NCBI GenBank assembly: GCA_043228905.1
Contig: JBHGNT010000014.1
Span: forward strand, 3,410,001 to 3,474,000
DNA: 64,000 nt
Origin: Azolla caroliniana
Lineage: Eukaryota > Plantae > Polypodiophyta
Direction of reading: 5' to 3'
This document shows, one piece after another, positions 1 through 11,100 of the stretch (positions are counted from its first letter, which is position 1; every line of letters begins with the position of its first letter). The notes under the pieces were generated by a model. It had not been told where the DNA came from. It made no database searches and saw only the letters and a program-made list of their open reading frames with translations. The position numbers and the translations under genes were made by a program.

Positions 1-69
1 TCTCCCCAAAAAGTCAACATGTTGACTAGACATACCATCAAGCAAAAGTCAACGTATCTAAAAGGTCAA

Positions 70-265
70 CTCATCGAGTTTGACCAGGCTTGTTGAGTTT
101 GACCTCATTCGTCGGGTTTGACTAGTGACTCGTTGAGTCTGACTGGGCTCATTGAGTCTGACCTCACTCGTGGAGTATGACTGCTCACTCATGGAGTTTG
201 ATTGGTCACTCGTGGAGTCTATTCGCTCTCGTCGAGTTTGACTAGTTATTCATTGAGTTTGACCA
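70..265. repeat. Degenerate ~20-bp tandem repeat (core GAGT(T/C)TGAC)
   Basis: About 9 imperfect copies of gagtttgac/gagtctgac/gagtatgac at roughly 19-21 bp spacing. Confidence 0.6.
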
Positions 266-1272
266 AACACTCGTCGAACTTCCTTAACGGACAAAGCTTG
301 TTGTTTTTCCTTGCCAGACAACTTATCGATCGCTCTCGACCCATAAGACGATTAACATGCGATCAAGTTCGAAATATACATGTAAGGGTAAATACATGGG
401 ATTAAGACAAAAATATGGGCAAACATACAAGAGATATGTTATAAAATAGGGTGTTACACAAATACCACGATTTTGGTGGTTTTTACAAGAATTGAACGTA
501 TGATAAAGCACAAACGGTGATGAAACAAACACAAAAGGGGAGCTAAATAGAATCCGTTGAAGGTGAGTCTAGTGGTTACGTTTCCTCGAATTGGAGTAGC
601 TCTCATGCCACTACAACCTTCCTTCAATGACCAGCGCACGAGTTAGTCCACCTTTACCCGAAGAAGAAGAAGGAGAAAGAGAGGTTCTCAAACCCTAACC
701 CAAGAAGAAGAAGAAAAAGAAAGAAAGAGATGAAACCCTAAATGGTACAAACTCCTTAGGGCAAAATGGACGACCGTAACTAAGCTCTCTCCCCTGCTTT
801 TTATAGAGAAAGGAGGAGCCTATTTTGGCATTTAATATAATTTTATTTCATTGCTTCAAAATTTCAAAGAGAATAAAATAACCCTTAACCCACATTGACA
901 AAGATTCAAACTATGCACCCCTCTATACACATTGAATGGCTCTAACAACTAGGCCTTCACCCACATTTATTATTTATTTCTTTTCGTATCTACATATCGT
1001 TTTGTAATGTGCGTGGAACCTCACTTTTTCTCGTTTTCCTCCTTTGGCCACACTACATCACGACATCCACCCCCACCAAACTGCACATCCTCTGGCATGT
1101 GCCATGAAAAAAGGGTGATTGATAGGGCCAATGGTAGCCAACCTTTGGGTCCTTCATTCCCTGCGCCGCGCCTACGCCATCTTTATCGCTCCACTTCGAG
1201 CAAATCCATTCTTTCCACCCAAACCACCGTCGCCATCCAATCCATCATCTCCTTCGCCTGCTCTTTGCATTG

Positions 1273-1723
1273 TGTTGTGCGAGCTAAGTCAACCACATCC
1301 GGATCGACTAAACAAGCTAGAGCCGGATCGGTGTCCGGGTGGTATCCGGAACCATGAGCCGGATCAGAGAAACGAATCGGAGAGCCGGATTCAAATGTGA
1401 ACTAGAAGGCTAGTAGTTGCCTATACTCCTAGACTACTTGGTAGTGAGAGTCCTCGTAGTTAGTGACAGCCGCTCATATGAGCATTGAAGTACATAGTAC
1501 TTCTATCAGTCCTTTTGAGGACTTGTATAAATAGTGTTGTTTAGCACGTTGTATATGACAAGAAAAGACATAATGTTATTTTTTTAATAGAGTTTACGTT
1601 CCGCTCTCTCTGTCTCTCCCGTGTATGCAAAATATGTTCAAGCTTCCATTGAACCTGTGTTTTATTCTCTGTTGCTGCCCCGCTAAACTGGTTTTGTCAA
1701 GCTTTTGCACACTAACTTTTACA
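1273..1723 (+). repeat. 5' LTR of copia A
   Basis: TG...CA termini, followed directly by the PBS; homologous to the LTRs of copia B (13764, 47458). The start is inferred. Confidence 0.75.
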
Positions 1724-1735
1724 TGGTATCAGAGC
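1724..1735 (+). promoter_or_regulatory. PBS (tRNA-iMet) of copia A
   Basis: TGGTATCAGAGC abutting the LTR end. Confidence 0.9.
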
Positions 1736-1818
1736 ACGAGGGTTGAGACTCCTCTGCAACCGACAGACGCTTCCGAAGACAAACCCTAACACCCGGTGAA
1801 GAATAGTAGAGAATCGAG

Positions 1819-3586
1819 ATGGACAGAGGTATGGTAAGTTCGCTTCCCACAGAAAAGCTCAACCGGAGCAACTATGCATCCTGGTCATATAAAATGCACC
1901 AGTACCTGCTGGGGCATGGATATTGGAGCTATGTGGAAGGAACCAACGAGGTAGCACCGGAGCCGACACACAAAGATTTCCCGGCATGGGAGGAAGGAGC
2001 GAGCCGAGTATTGTACTGCCTCACGTCCGGTGTGCACGATCAGATGCTTGGCTACATGAAGGTCGCAAAAACGCCAAAGGAGGCTTGGGAAAATCTACGG
2101 AAGATTTACGCTGCAAGTAACACAACCTGTAAGTTGCAGCTTCGGCAAGAGCTGAACAACATCTGGCAAAGAGATATGTCGGTTACGGACTACACCACTA
2201 AGATTAAGGAGATCTGTGATGCACTCGGATCCATCAACATAACGGTGGAAGAAGATGAGATGGTCCAGATCTGTCTTGGTGGTCTTGCACAATAGTACGG
2301 GCCAATCCGGACGGAAATTTGCACTCGGGAGAAGCCACCGTCCTTCTTCGACTTACAATCAATGTTGATGGTCGAAGAAAACCACGCGAGCGGGTCGAGG
2401 ATAACTCAATCGGATAACTGGATGTTGTTCACGGAGGCGGATTGGCCCCATGGGCGTGGAGGACGAGGTGGGTGGGCATGCAATGGAGGCGGCCGACAAG
2501 AGCAAAACCGAAGGCACAGAGATGGTACCAACAATAGTTATAAACCCTCCACAAGTAGGGGGAGTCAAGTCGGAGCCGGAAACCGGCAGTCTTAAACCGA
2601 CACGGAATGCTGGTACTGTGGCAAGAAAGGTCACAGAGAGAGCGAGTATTGGAAGAATCGTGTCGATTCGGATAAATCCAAATCTGACAAGGCCGGACAA
2701 GGGAACCGGTAAAGCTCGCACTACGTTGAAGGATCGGAAAGATATGGAACCAGGAAAACCGGAAAGGGGCCTGCCTTCGTGATGAAGCACAAGGTGAACT
2801 CAATGAAGAAGACCACCTCTGGATCAGAGGAAGTGTGGTATGTTGATTCCGGAGTGTCAAACCACATGACGAGCCACGAAGAGTGGTTCTCATTTTTGGA
2901 GAAACCGGAACAACCGGGAGTTGTCGAAACTAGAGAACACACTCCTCACCTGATTGTGCATGTCGGAGAAGTCCCTTTAAGCTATGTTGGACAAAGGGGG
3001 AAGCTGATGAATGTTCTACATGTCCCGACAATCACAAAGAACCTGGTGTCGGTCGGACAAATCGTCGACCAGGGAATGCAGGTGCAGTTTACACACCTCG
3101 AGTGCTTCATCAAGGAAGAAGGCCAGATAATCATGCAGGGGCGTAGAGAAGGGAGGATGGTCATCCTCAACACAAATGACGTCGGCACTGCCATGTATGC
3201 TGAAGGATAGAAGATTGAATCAGACATTGATCTCTGGCATAAGCGGAGCGGCCACGTCAACTACCAGAGGCTTCAAGATCTGCAATCGAAACAAGATGTG
3301 TTAGGTTTGCCAAAGTTTAGTGGTTGGAAGGCCCAAATATGTGAAGCCTGCCAACTCGGGAAGCAACACCGGCTTCCATTCCCCACCGAACGAAACTGGA
3401 GCTGTAACAAGCTCGATCTAATCCATTCGGATGTATGGGGACCGACACAGAATGTTAATCTTGGTGGGAGTTGGTATTTCGTCTCCTTCATCGACGACTA
3501 CAGTCGGCACACATGGATCTACCTCATCGAGAATAAAATCGAAGTCTTCGACTATTTACGGAACCTTCAAAGCTTAGTCGAAAGGG
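1819..3586 (+). pseudogene. Copia A gag-protease-integrase N-terminal part, with in-frame stops
   Basis: KLNRSNYASW gag start, WYVDSGVSNHM protease, CEACQLGKQ and HSDVWGP integrase motifs; several TAG/TAA stops. Confidence 0.9.
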
Positions 3587-3877
3587 TGTCATGATATGGC
3601 AAGACTCGAACCCATGACCTTACGTTATATGGGTCGAGCTCTTGACCATTAGACCATCTATTGTAATACGTAGGATATTATTTTCATTTACATTTTATTA
3701 TAGGAAATTAGTGTATATTCCAGATTTCTCTGGAACATTCTAGAAGCTTCAGGATTACTCCTGAAAACACTATAAAAGAGGGCACTAGGCATTATGTTGA
3801 ACCAAATTGGTTCAACGCCAGTCTTAAGCCTTTTTAGCCACCGTTGTATATTCTCTTCATATAATAAATATCTTTCT

Positions 3878-3925
<48 letters not shown>

Positions 3926-4029
3926 GTCTCGCTCACTTCTTCCTTCTCTCGAAGAAGTTCCACACCTCTCATAGTACTAATCCTTCGTTTAGTACTAATT
4001 CCTTCTCTGTCTCAGTACTGTTCATGACA
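3587..4029 (+). repeat. 5' LTR of chromovirus 1
   Basis: Direct repeat of 8831-9277; TATAAAA at 3771; (CT)n tract. Confidence 0.95.
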
Positions 4030-4102
4030 GTTTGAACCAATTTGCCTACCTTCTGTCTCTCTCATTTCCTACTAATCTTTTATTCCTCTTTTCTTTCATC
4101 CC

Positions 4103-5254
4103 ATGGCCACTGTTAGCGCTGAAGAATATCAATCTGTTTTCTCGGAATTCCAATGCTTGAAGGAGAAGTTCCATGCTTTGGAACAAGAAAACCAACGGTT
4201 GCTGGGGGATCTTCAGCAAATCTCCTTAGAAAAGCAGCAAACGCAACAACAACATGGGGAACTTGCGTTACGCGTGCAACAACTCGAAGCCACCATCGTA
4301 GCGATGCAACAACATGGGCCCGGAACACAAGGGATTCATAAAGAACCTAAGATTGGCCTTCCCACGAAGTTCGATGGAACGCGATCGCAGTTTAGAGGGT
4401 TCCTTAACCAGGTACGATTAGTTATTCAAATGCATCCTTCCCGATATCCCACCGATGCATCACGAGTGGGTTTAGTAGGCACTTTGTTAAGTGGCTCAGC
4501 GTTGTCATGGTTCGCTCCACTATTAGAAAAGGAATCTCCGTTACTCAACAATTTTGAAGAGTTTCTAGGTGAGTTTAAAGCATGTTTCGGAGATACTGAC
4601 AGCATCAGGACCGCAATCAACAAAATCCGGCGATTACGCCAAGGTGACCGTCCAGCCTCCGCATACGCTGCAGATTTTCGCCTACTCGCCGCCGATATCC
4701 CTTGGGATGATCAAGCGTTGATGGAGCAATTCCGTTATGGTTTACGCAACGACGTCAAGGATTTACTCTTGACCTTCCCCGAAGAGCCAAAGTCCTTAAC
4801 AGAAGCAATCAGTCGTGCGGTGAGATGTGACAACCGCCTCTTTGAGCGACGTTCGGAATGACAGCTACAGATGCCGAGGGCAAGATCAGAGCCCACCTAC
4901 GCCTCAGTGGTAGCAAGACCTTTTCCGAGGGAGTCATATAATGCGTCTCCAGCGAATACTCCGACTCCGATGGAGATTGACACTACACGTCGTCGAGGGC
5001 CATTATCCGAAGAAGAAAAGCAGCGACGCCGTACAAATCGACTATGTCTTTACTGCGGTGGACCAGGACATATCGCAATAAATTGCCCCCATAGGCCAAG
5101 AAGACAGGTAAACCAAATAGTCGCTAGTTCTAATTGTACTAAATCCGAGCCTATTTCAGTAGGGATATCTGATAGTCCTAATAGTACTAATATCCCAGAT
5201 CTAGCAAACAAATTTGATGTCCTTAGTCAGTTAGAAGAAGAGTTAAACGACTAA
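4103..5254 (+). pseudogene. gag: Chromovirus gag (coiled coil, retrotransposon capsid, CCHC knuckle) with one premature TGA at 4859-4861
   Basis: PTKFDG..FL, LRQG, CLYCGGPGHIAINC motifs; ORFs 4103-4861 and 4871-5254 share one frame. Confidence 0.9.
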
Positions 5255-8200
5255 GTCCAGCCAAAATAGGAGCCGTTTGGTTGGACAGCCCTAGATCTGT
5301 GCAGCCCATTAGTGGTTCCATTCCCTCTAAGCAAGTTAGTGATGTGTTCGTAGCCCAAGTAATAGTTAGTACTAAAAGTACCCCTCCAGTACATGTCCTA
5401 GCACTCCTAGATTCCGGAGCTAACTCTTGCTTTATGGATAAGAAATTTGCTCAAGCTCATAAGATATCCCTAAGAAAACTCCAGTGTCCAGCCTCTGTAG
5501 TAGTCATTGATGGACGTCCCATTGCTTCCGGAAATATCCTAGAAGAGTCAGAGCCCATTAATATTGTCCTAGATAACTTAGTATGTGTAGTATCATTTAA
5601 TATTATTAGTATCCCAGAACATCCTATAGTTTTAGGACTACCGTGGTTCGAGTTACATAACCCTGACATAGATTGGAGAACAAGAGAAATCCGGTGTCGA
5701 CAAACCCAAGGGTCAACTCAGAAGATGGCAACCATTTCGCTACGTCAGTTGCGTAAAGAAGGGCACAAGGAGGAAATGTTCCTCTTTGCAATATCAGTAA
5801 ACCCCTCCAACACCACTAAAGAAGAATCCACCGTTCAACTTCCCGAGAAGTATCGCCATTACACCGATGTGTTCGATAAAGTACAAGCCAACACACTTCC
5901 TCATCATCGACCGTACGATTGCCCCATCGATTTACAACCGGGAAAAGAGCCGCCATGGGGACCGATCTACAATTTGTCACCAACCGAGCTGGAAGTCCTT
6001 CGGGCCTATATAGAGGAGAATTTGGAAAATGGTTTCATTCGGCATTCGAAATCTCCAGCCGGTGCGCCCATTTTCTTCGTCAAGAAAAAAGATGGATCGC
6101 TTCGTCTCGTTGTAGATTACCGTGGCTTGAATAAGGTTACAATCAGGAATAGGTATGCTCTTCCCCTTATCTCAAGTCTTTTAGAACGGATCAATGGTGC
6201 CAGGTTCTTCACGAAGATCGACTTACGGGGAGCATATAACCTCGTACGGATCCGACCAGGAGACGAATGGAAGACCGCGTTTCGCACCAGATATGGGCAC
6301 TTCGAGTATACTGTCATGCCGTTCGGCCTCACTAATGCGCTGGCAGTCTTCCAGCACATGGCTAATGATATATTCCGAGATCTATTGGATGATTGTTTGA
6401 TCATCTATTTGGATGATCTACTGGTTTATTCAAAGACCCAAGAAGAACATGATTCTCATGTACTATTAGTACTAAAACGACTTCGAGAACATGGTCTGTA
6501 TGCAAAGCTAGAAAAATGTAGTTTCGGGTGCAACCAAGTGGAATTTCTCGGCTACATCATTTCGTCAGAAGGCATCTCCATGGACCCAGCTAAGGTCAGA
6601 ACGGTGGTAGAATGGCAGACTCCGCGTTCGGTACGGGATGTGCAATGCTTCTTAGGCTTTGCCAATTTTTACCGGAAGTTCATACAGGATTACTCAAAGA
6701 TTGTTCTACCTCTCACACAACTTACCAGGAAGGGACAACCGTTCATCTGGTCTGAAGAAACGGACATGGCTTTCGAGAGTCTTAAAAAAGCATTTACATC
6801 GGCTCCAATTCTAGCTCATGTCGATCCGGAGAAACCATTCATTATCGAAGCTGACGCATCGGATTTTGCATTGGGGAGCATTCTGTCACAACAGGGGAAT
6901 GATGAAAAGCTACATCCTGTGGCTTTTCACTCACGCAAGTTTGATGCCGCCGAAATCAACTACGAAATCCATGATAAGGAGCTATTGGCAATAGTGGATT
7001 CTTTTATGCAATGGAGGCATTTTCTGGAGGGATCCTCTCATCCAGTCACCGTATTTAGTGACCACAAGAATCTTGCCTACTTTTAGGATGCTCGTGTGTT
7101 GAATCGACGTCAAGCTCGGTGGGCCCACTTCCTCACGCGTTTCGACTTCAAAATTACATATCGTCCGGGGAGGCACCAAGGGAAGGCAGATGCATTATCA
7201 CGGCGTTCGTATCTAGCACCCCGTCCCGGCGAGCCAGCCTTCGATAACCAAAAACAAGTCATCTTGGGACCGGCACGATTACAAGCAACACAAATCTTTG
7301 ACATGCCTATGGATTCCCGCGTTATCGATACCATGCGTGAAGACTTGAAGACAGATGCGTTCGCCCAAGCTATACTAGCACAAATTGATCCCTCTCGAGC
7401 GTCGTGTTCACAGTCGCAACCACCAGGTACGGACTATCGGCAATTCAAATACCATGATGGATTACTCTTCTTTAAAGAACTTTTGTATGTTCCTAATGGT
7501 TCTTGCCGCCTTCGAGTAGTACAAAACTGTCATGACACATATACAGCTGGGCATTTTGGTAGTACTAAAACATTACATTTAGTACAACGATCATTCTGGT
7601 GGCCCTGTATGCGACAATTTGTCGAGGATTTTGTTCGGACTTGTGATACATGTTGCAGAGCGAAAATGCCAAGGCATCATCCATATGGTTTATTAGAACC
7701 ATTATCAATTCCAAGCAAGCCGTGGCAATCCATTGCTCTAGACTTCATCACAGATCTTCCAGTCTCTAAGGGGTTCAATGCGATTCTAACGGTGGTCGAT
7801 CGATATACGAAGATGGCTCATTTCTTGCCATGTACTAAGGAGATCTCCAGTGAAGACACTGCCGAAATTGTCATGCGTGAAGTATGTCGGCATCATGGAC
7901 TCCCCGATAGTATCATCAGCGATCGTGGACCCCAGTTCGTGTCAAAATTCTGGAAGCACCTTTTTAACATGCTCAAGGTCACTTGTAACCTCTCTTCCGG
8001 CTACCACCCACAAACTGACGGCCAAGCTGAACGAACAAATCAAACGTTGGAGCAGTATCTGCGGTGCTTTCTCAGCTATCATCAGGACGACTGGGCAGAT
8101 ATTCTCCACTTCGCCGAATTTGCCTATAACAACTCTATCCACGCATCCACTAAAGTTACGCCATTTTATGCTTATACGGGATGTCACCCCCGGTGGAGTG

Positions 8201-8838
8201 TACTTGAAACCCCAGAGGTGTCCACAAATCCGTGCGCGGAGGATCGTTTGGAGCGGTTACGCAAGATACAAGCGGATTTATCTACTCATCTCCAGCAAGC
8301 TCAACAAACACACAAGGTCTACGCGGATCGTCATCGACTTCCATCTAGTTTTAATATTGGAGATCGGGTGTGGTTGCTACGACGACACATCAAGACTACT
8401 CGCCCATGTGAGAAGTTGGATTATCGGCGATTAGGTCCTTTCCGTATTATTGGAAAGATTAATGATGTTGCTTTTCGTCTCGATCTACCTCCTCAACTTC
8501 GGATACATCCGGTGTTTCATAGTTCTCTCTTCGAACCCTACCACGAGAGCACCATCCCAGAACGTCTTATCCAACCTCCACCCCCGATCGAGCTTGAAGA
8601 TGGGCCGGAGTACGAGGTTGCCGCCATTCTTGATTCCAAGATTGTTCGCAACAAGCTCTACTATCTAGTCGATTGGCTAGGCTATAGTCCCAGCGAACGT
8701 ACTTGGGAACCGATCGAGAATGTAACCAATGCTCGTGCTCTTCTTGAAGACTTCCATCGTCAATATCCACACAAACCGGGTCCTCAATCCAAGACGACTC
8801 GTGACACTCGTCGTTTTAAAGGGGGGATAGTGTCATGA
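5227..8838 (+). pseudogene. pol: Chromovirus pol (PR-RT-RNaseH-INT-chromodomain), -1 frame to gag, one TAG at 7084-7086
   Basis: LLDSGA, YLDD, EADASD, GHFG..CDTC, SDRGPQF, YEVAAILD..YLVDWLGY..TWEP. Confidence 0.93.
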
Positions 8839-9126
8839 TATGGCAAGACTCGAACCCATGACCTTAGGTTATATGGGTCGAGCTCTTGACCATTAGACCA
8901 TCTATTGTAATACGTAGGATATTATTTTCATTTACATTTTATTATAGGAAATTAGTGTATATTCCAGATTTCTCTGGAACATTCTAGAAGCTTCAGGATT
9001 ACTCCTGAAAACACTATAAAAGAGGGCACTAGGCATTATGTTGAACCAAATTGGTTCAACGCCAGTCTTAAGCCTTTTTAGCCACCGTTGTATATTCTCT
9101 TCATATAATAAATATCTTTCTTATCA

Positions 9127-9173
<47 letters not shown>

Positions 9174-9277
9174 GTCTCGCTCACTTCTTCCTTCTCTCGA
9201 AGAAGTTCCACACCTCTCATAGTACTAATCCTTCGTTTAGTACTAATTCCTTCTCTGTCTCAGTACTGTTCATGACA
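8831..9277 (+). repeat. 3' LTR of chromovirus 1
   Basis: Follows the PPT and is followed by TSD AAGGG. Confidence 0.95.
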
Positions 9278-9282
9278 AAGGG

Positions 9283-9510
9283 AAACGGAGATGAAGATAA
9301 AGAGCTTGCAGTTAGATGGCGGAAAAGAATACTTTTCCGGCCAATTCAACAGTTATCTGCAACAAAAAGGAATTCGGAGAGAATTCAGCTGCCGATATAC
9401 ACCGGAACAAAACGGTGTGGCCAAAAGAAAGAACCGGTCGATTGTCGATACGGCAAGGGCAATGCTGGAGGAGAAGAGCATGCCCAAATTCTACTAGGCT
9501 AAGGCGGTCC
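9283..9510 (+). pseudogene. Copia A integrase core continuation
   Basis: LDGGKEY..YTPEQNGVAKRKNR. Confidence 0.85.
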
Positions 9511-11100
9511 TAAAAATGTATGGAAAACAGTCAAGCTTACTCAGGACCGGCTAAATAAGGCACAGAAACACATTGTGCAATTAGAGAGCAATACGACTAC
9601 TACGCATCAAAACCAAGGGCCTACCTCCAATGAGAACGAATTGAGGACCTTCGGGAAAAGGTCTAAGCTCAAACCGCAATAGCCGCAAAAGCGAAAAAGG
9701 CTACACAGTTAGCCGAGACGGAGATTGACCGCCTCCGAGCGGAACTCCACCAGTCCTCTGACAAAGAAGCGGACATCCAAGCAAAAGGGCGCAAGGCGGC
9801 GAAGATTATTCAGAACAAGCTCGACACCGAAATAGCAACACATGGCCAAATGAAGGAAGAGAGGGACAAGCTTCACAAAGAAGGAATAAAAAAGGACAAC
9901 CTCATTACGGTGTTACGAGAAGCCGCTCGGAAAAAACACGACTGGTCTGACAAACAAATCGAGAACCAATGTCAACTCAGTCGGGGTGTCGAGTATCGCC
10001 TCAACAACGAGATGGGCCGGCTGGAGTAGCTCCATGACAAGGAGTCAAAAATATGGGCCCAATTGAAGATGCACTACGAAGAAGCAGCAGTGACCAACAA
10101 GCGGAAAATAGAGAACGTCAAGAAGGTTCTGGAGGACTTACAGGCTTGCACGACTTGGAGCACAGATCGTATACACACCCTCCTCCACACAAAGCAAGAA
10201 CGGTTTACGGCACAACTGCAAGCAACCTTGGACAAAGGCTGGATCGGATGGACAAAACAAGTTGGCGAACTCCACACCTACCGAGCGGACTGGGAAAATC
10301 AGCGCAAAGAAGGTAAAGACTTCTATAAGCTAAATGAAAAGAGCACTGCCGCAGTATGAGAAGATCTCGCGCGGGATTATCAAACACTAGCCGACCAACA
10401 TTCCGAGGAACTCACGCACCTGCTGGAAGATTTCGGGGAAAGTCAAGAAGAGATCTTCCGCCAACTAAGGGAGATCGGTAGGGAGCATCAAAGGGCGGAG
10501 GAATTGAAAGAAGTGGAAGCTATTACGGTACCAAACAGCGACTCCGCCTAACGCAATGAGCCTCAACCTGATCCAAACGACGCACCTGAGGTAACAACTA
10601 CACCGATCAACCCCACGGACGATACGAGCGGAGAAGAGCCACGCCCGGACGCCTACCCACACTAGGAATAGCCGTCGCCGGAGCCACAAGGAAATGTCCC
10701 AGATAGTGTACCAACCGAGCCCACCACGACGACACCGCGTGAAGAAGTCAACGTGGAGACCGACGCACAAATCGAGTAGAACAACAGAGCACCCACTCAC
10801 ATCACACCGCCTCCTATAAATGACGAACAACCGGAGCCGAACATCCTTGACATTTTGGATGATGAATAGAAAGAGAATGGGTTCGACGTGCCACGACATT
10901 GTCCCACAAGCGTGTCAAGTGTTATCTGCCGGAATTTTAACCGCCGGCCATAACGCATTGTAAATAGATTAGTATATTAGGGGCATTAAAGTAATGCATG
11001 TAATGGGTCACGCAGGAAGCGTAATCGATCAGAAGCCATGTGTATATAAAGGGTGAAAGAACATTGTAAAGAGCTAGCGTATTTTGGAGAGCACCGTTGT
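9511..11100 (+). mobile_element. Relic 3' part of a gypsy related to element C (decayed coiled-coil extra ORF, tRNA-like end, LTR from about 10920)
   Basis: KEGKDFYKLNEKS matches C's KKTGDKFYKMDEES; C-terminal NILDILDDE* matches LLDILEED*; same 3' junction motif. The right boundary is uncertain. Confidence 0.7.

Larger units (their letters stand above)
3587..9277 (+). mobile_element. Full-length Ty3/gypsy chromovirus (Tcn1/Tf1-like), young
   Basis: LTRs 3587-4029 and 8831-9277 (TGTCATGA..TCATGACA) are near-identical; TSD AAGGG at 3582-3586 and 9278-9282; PPT AAAGGGGGGATAG; domain order gag-PR-RT-RH-INT-chromodomain. Confidence 0.95.
1273..9510 (+). mobile_element. Ty1/copia element A, 3'-truncated and interrupted by a chromovirus
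   Basis: 5' LTR TGTTG..TACA, Met PBS, and gag-PR-INT fragments. The sequence continues across the insertion at 3587-9277 and stops in integrase at about 9510. Confidence 0.85.
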
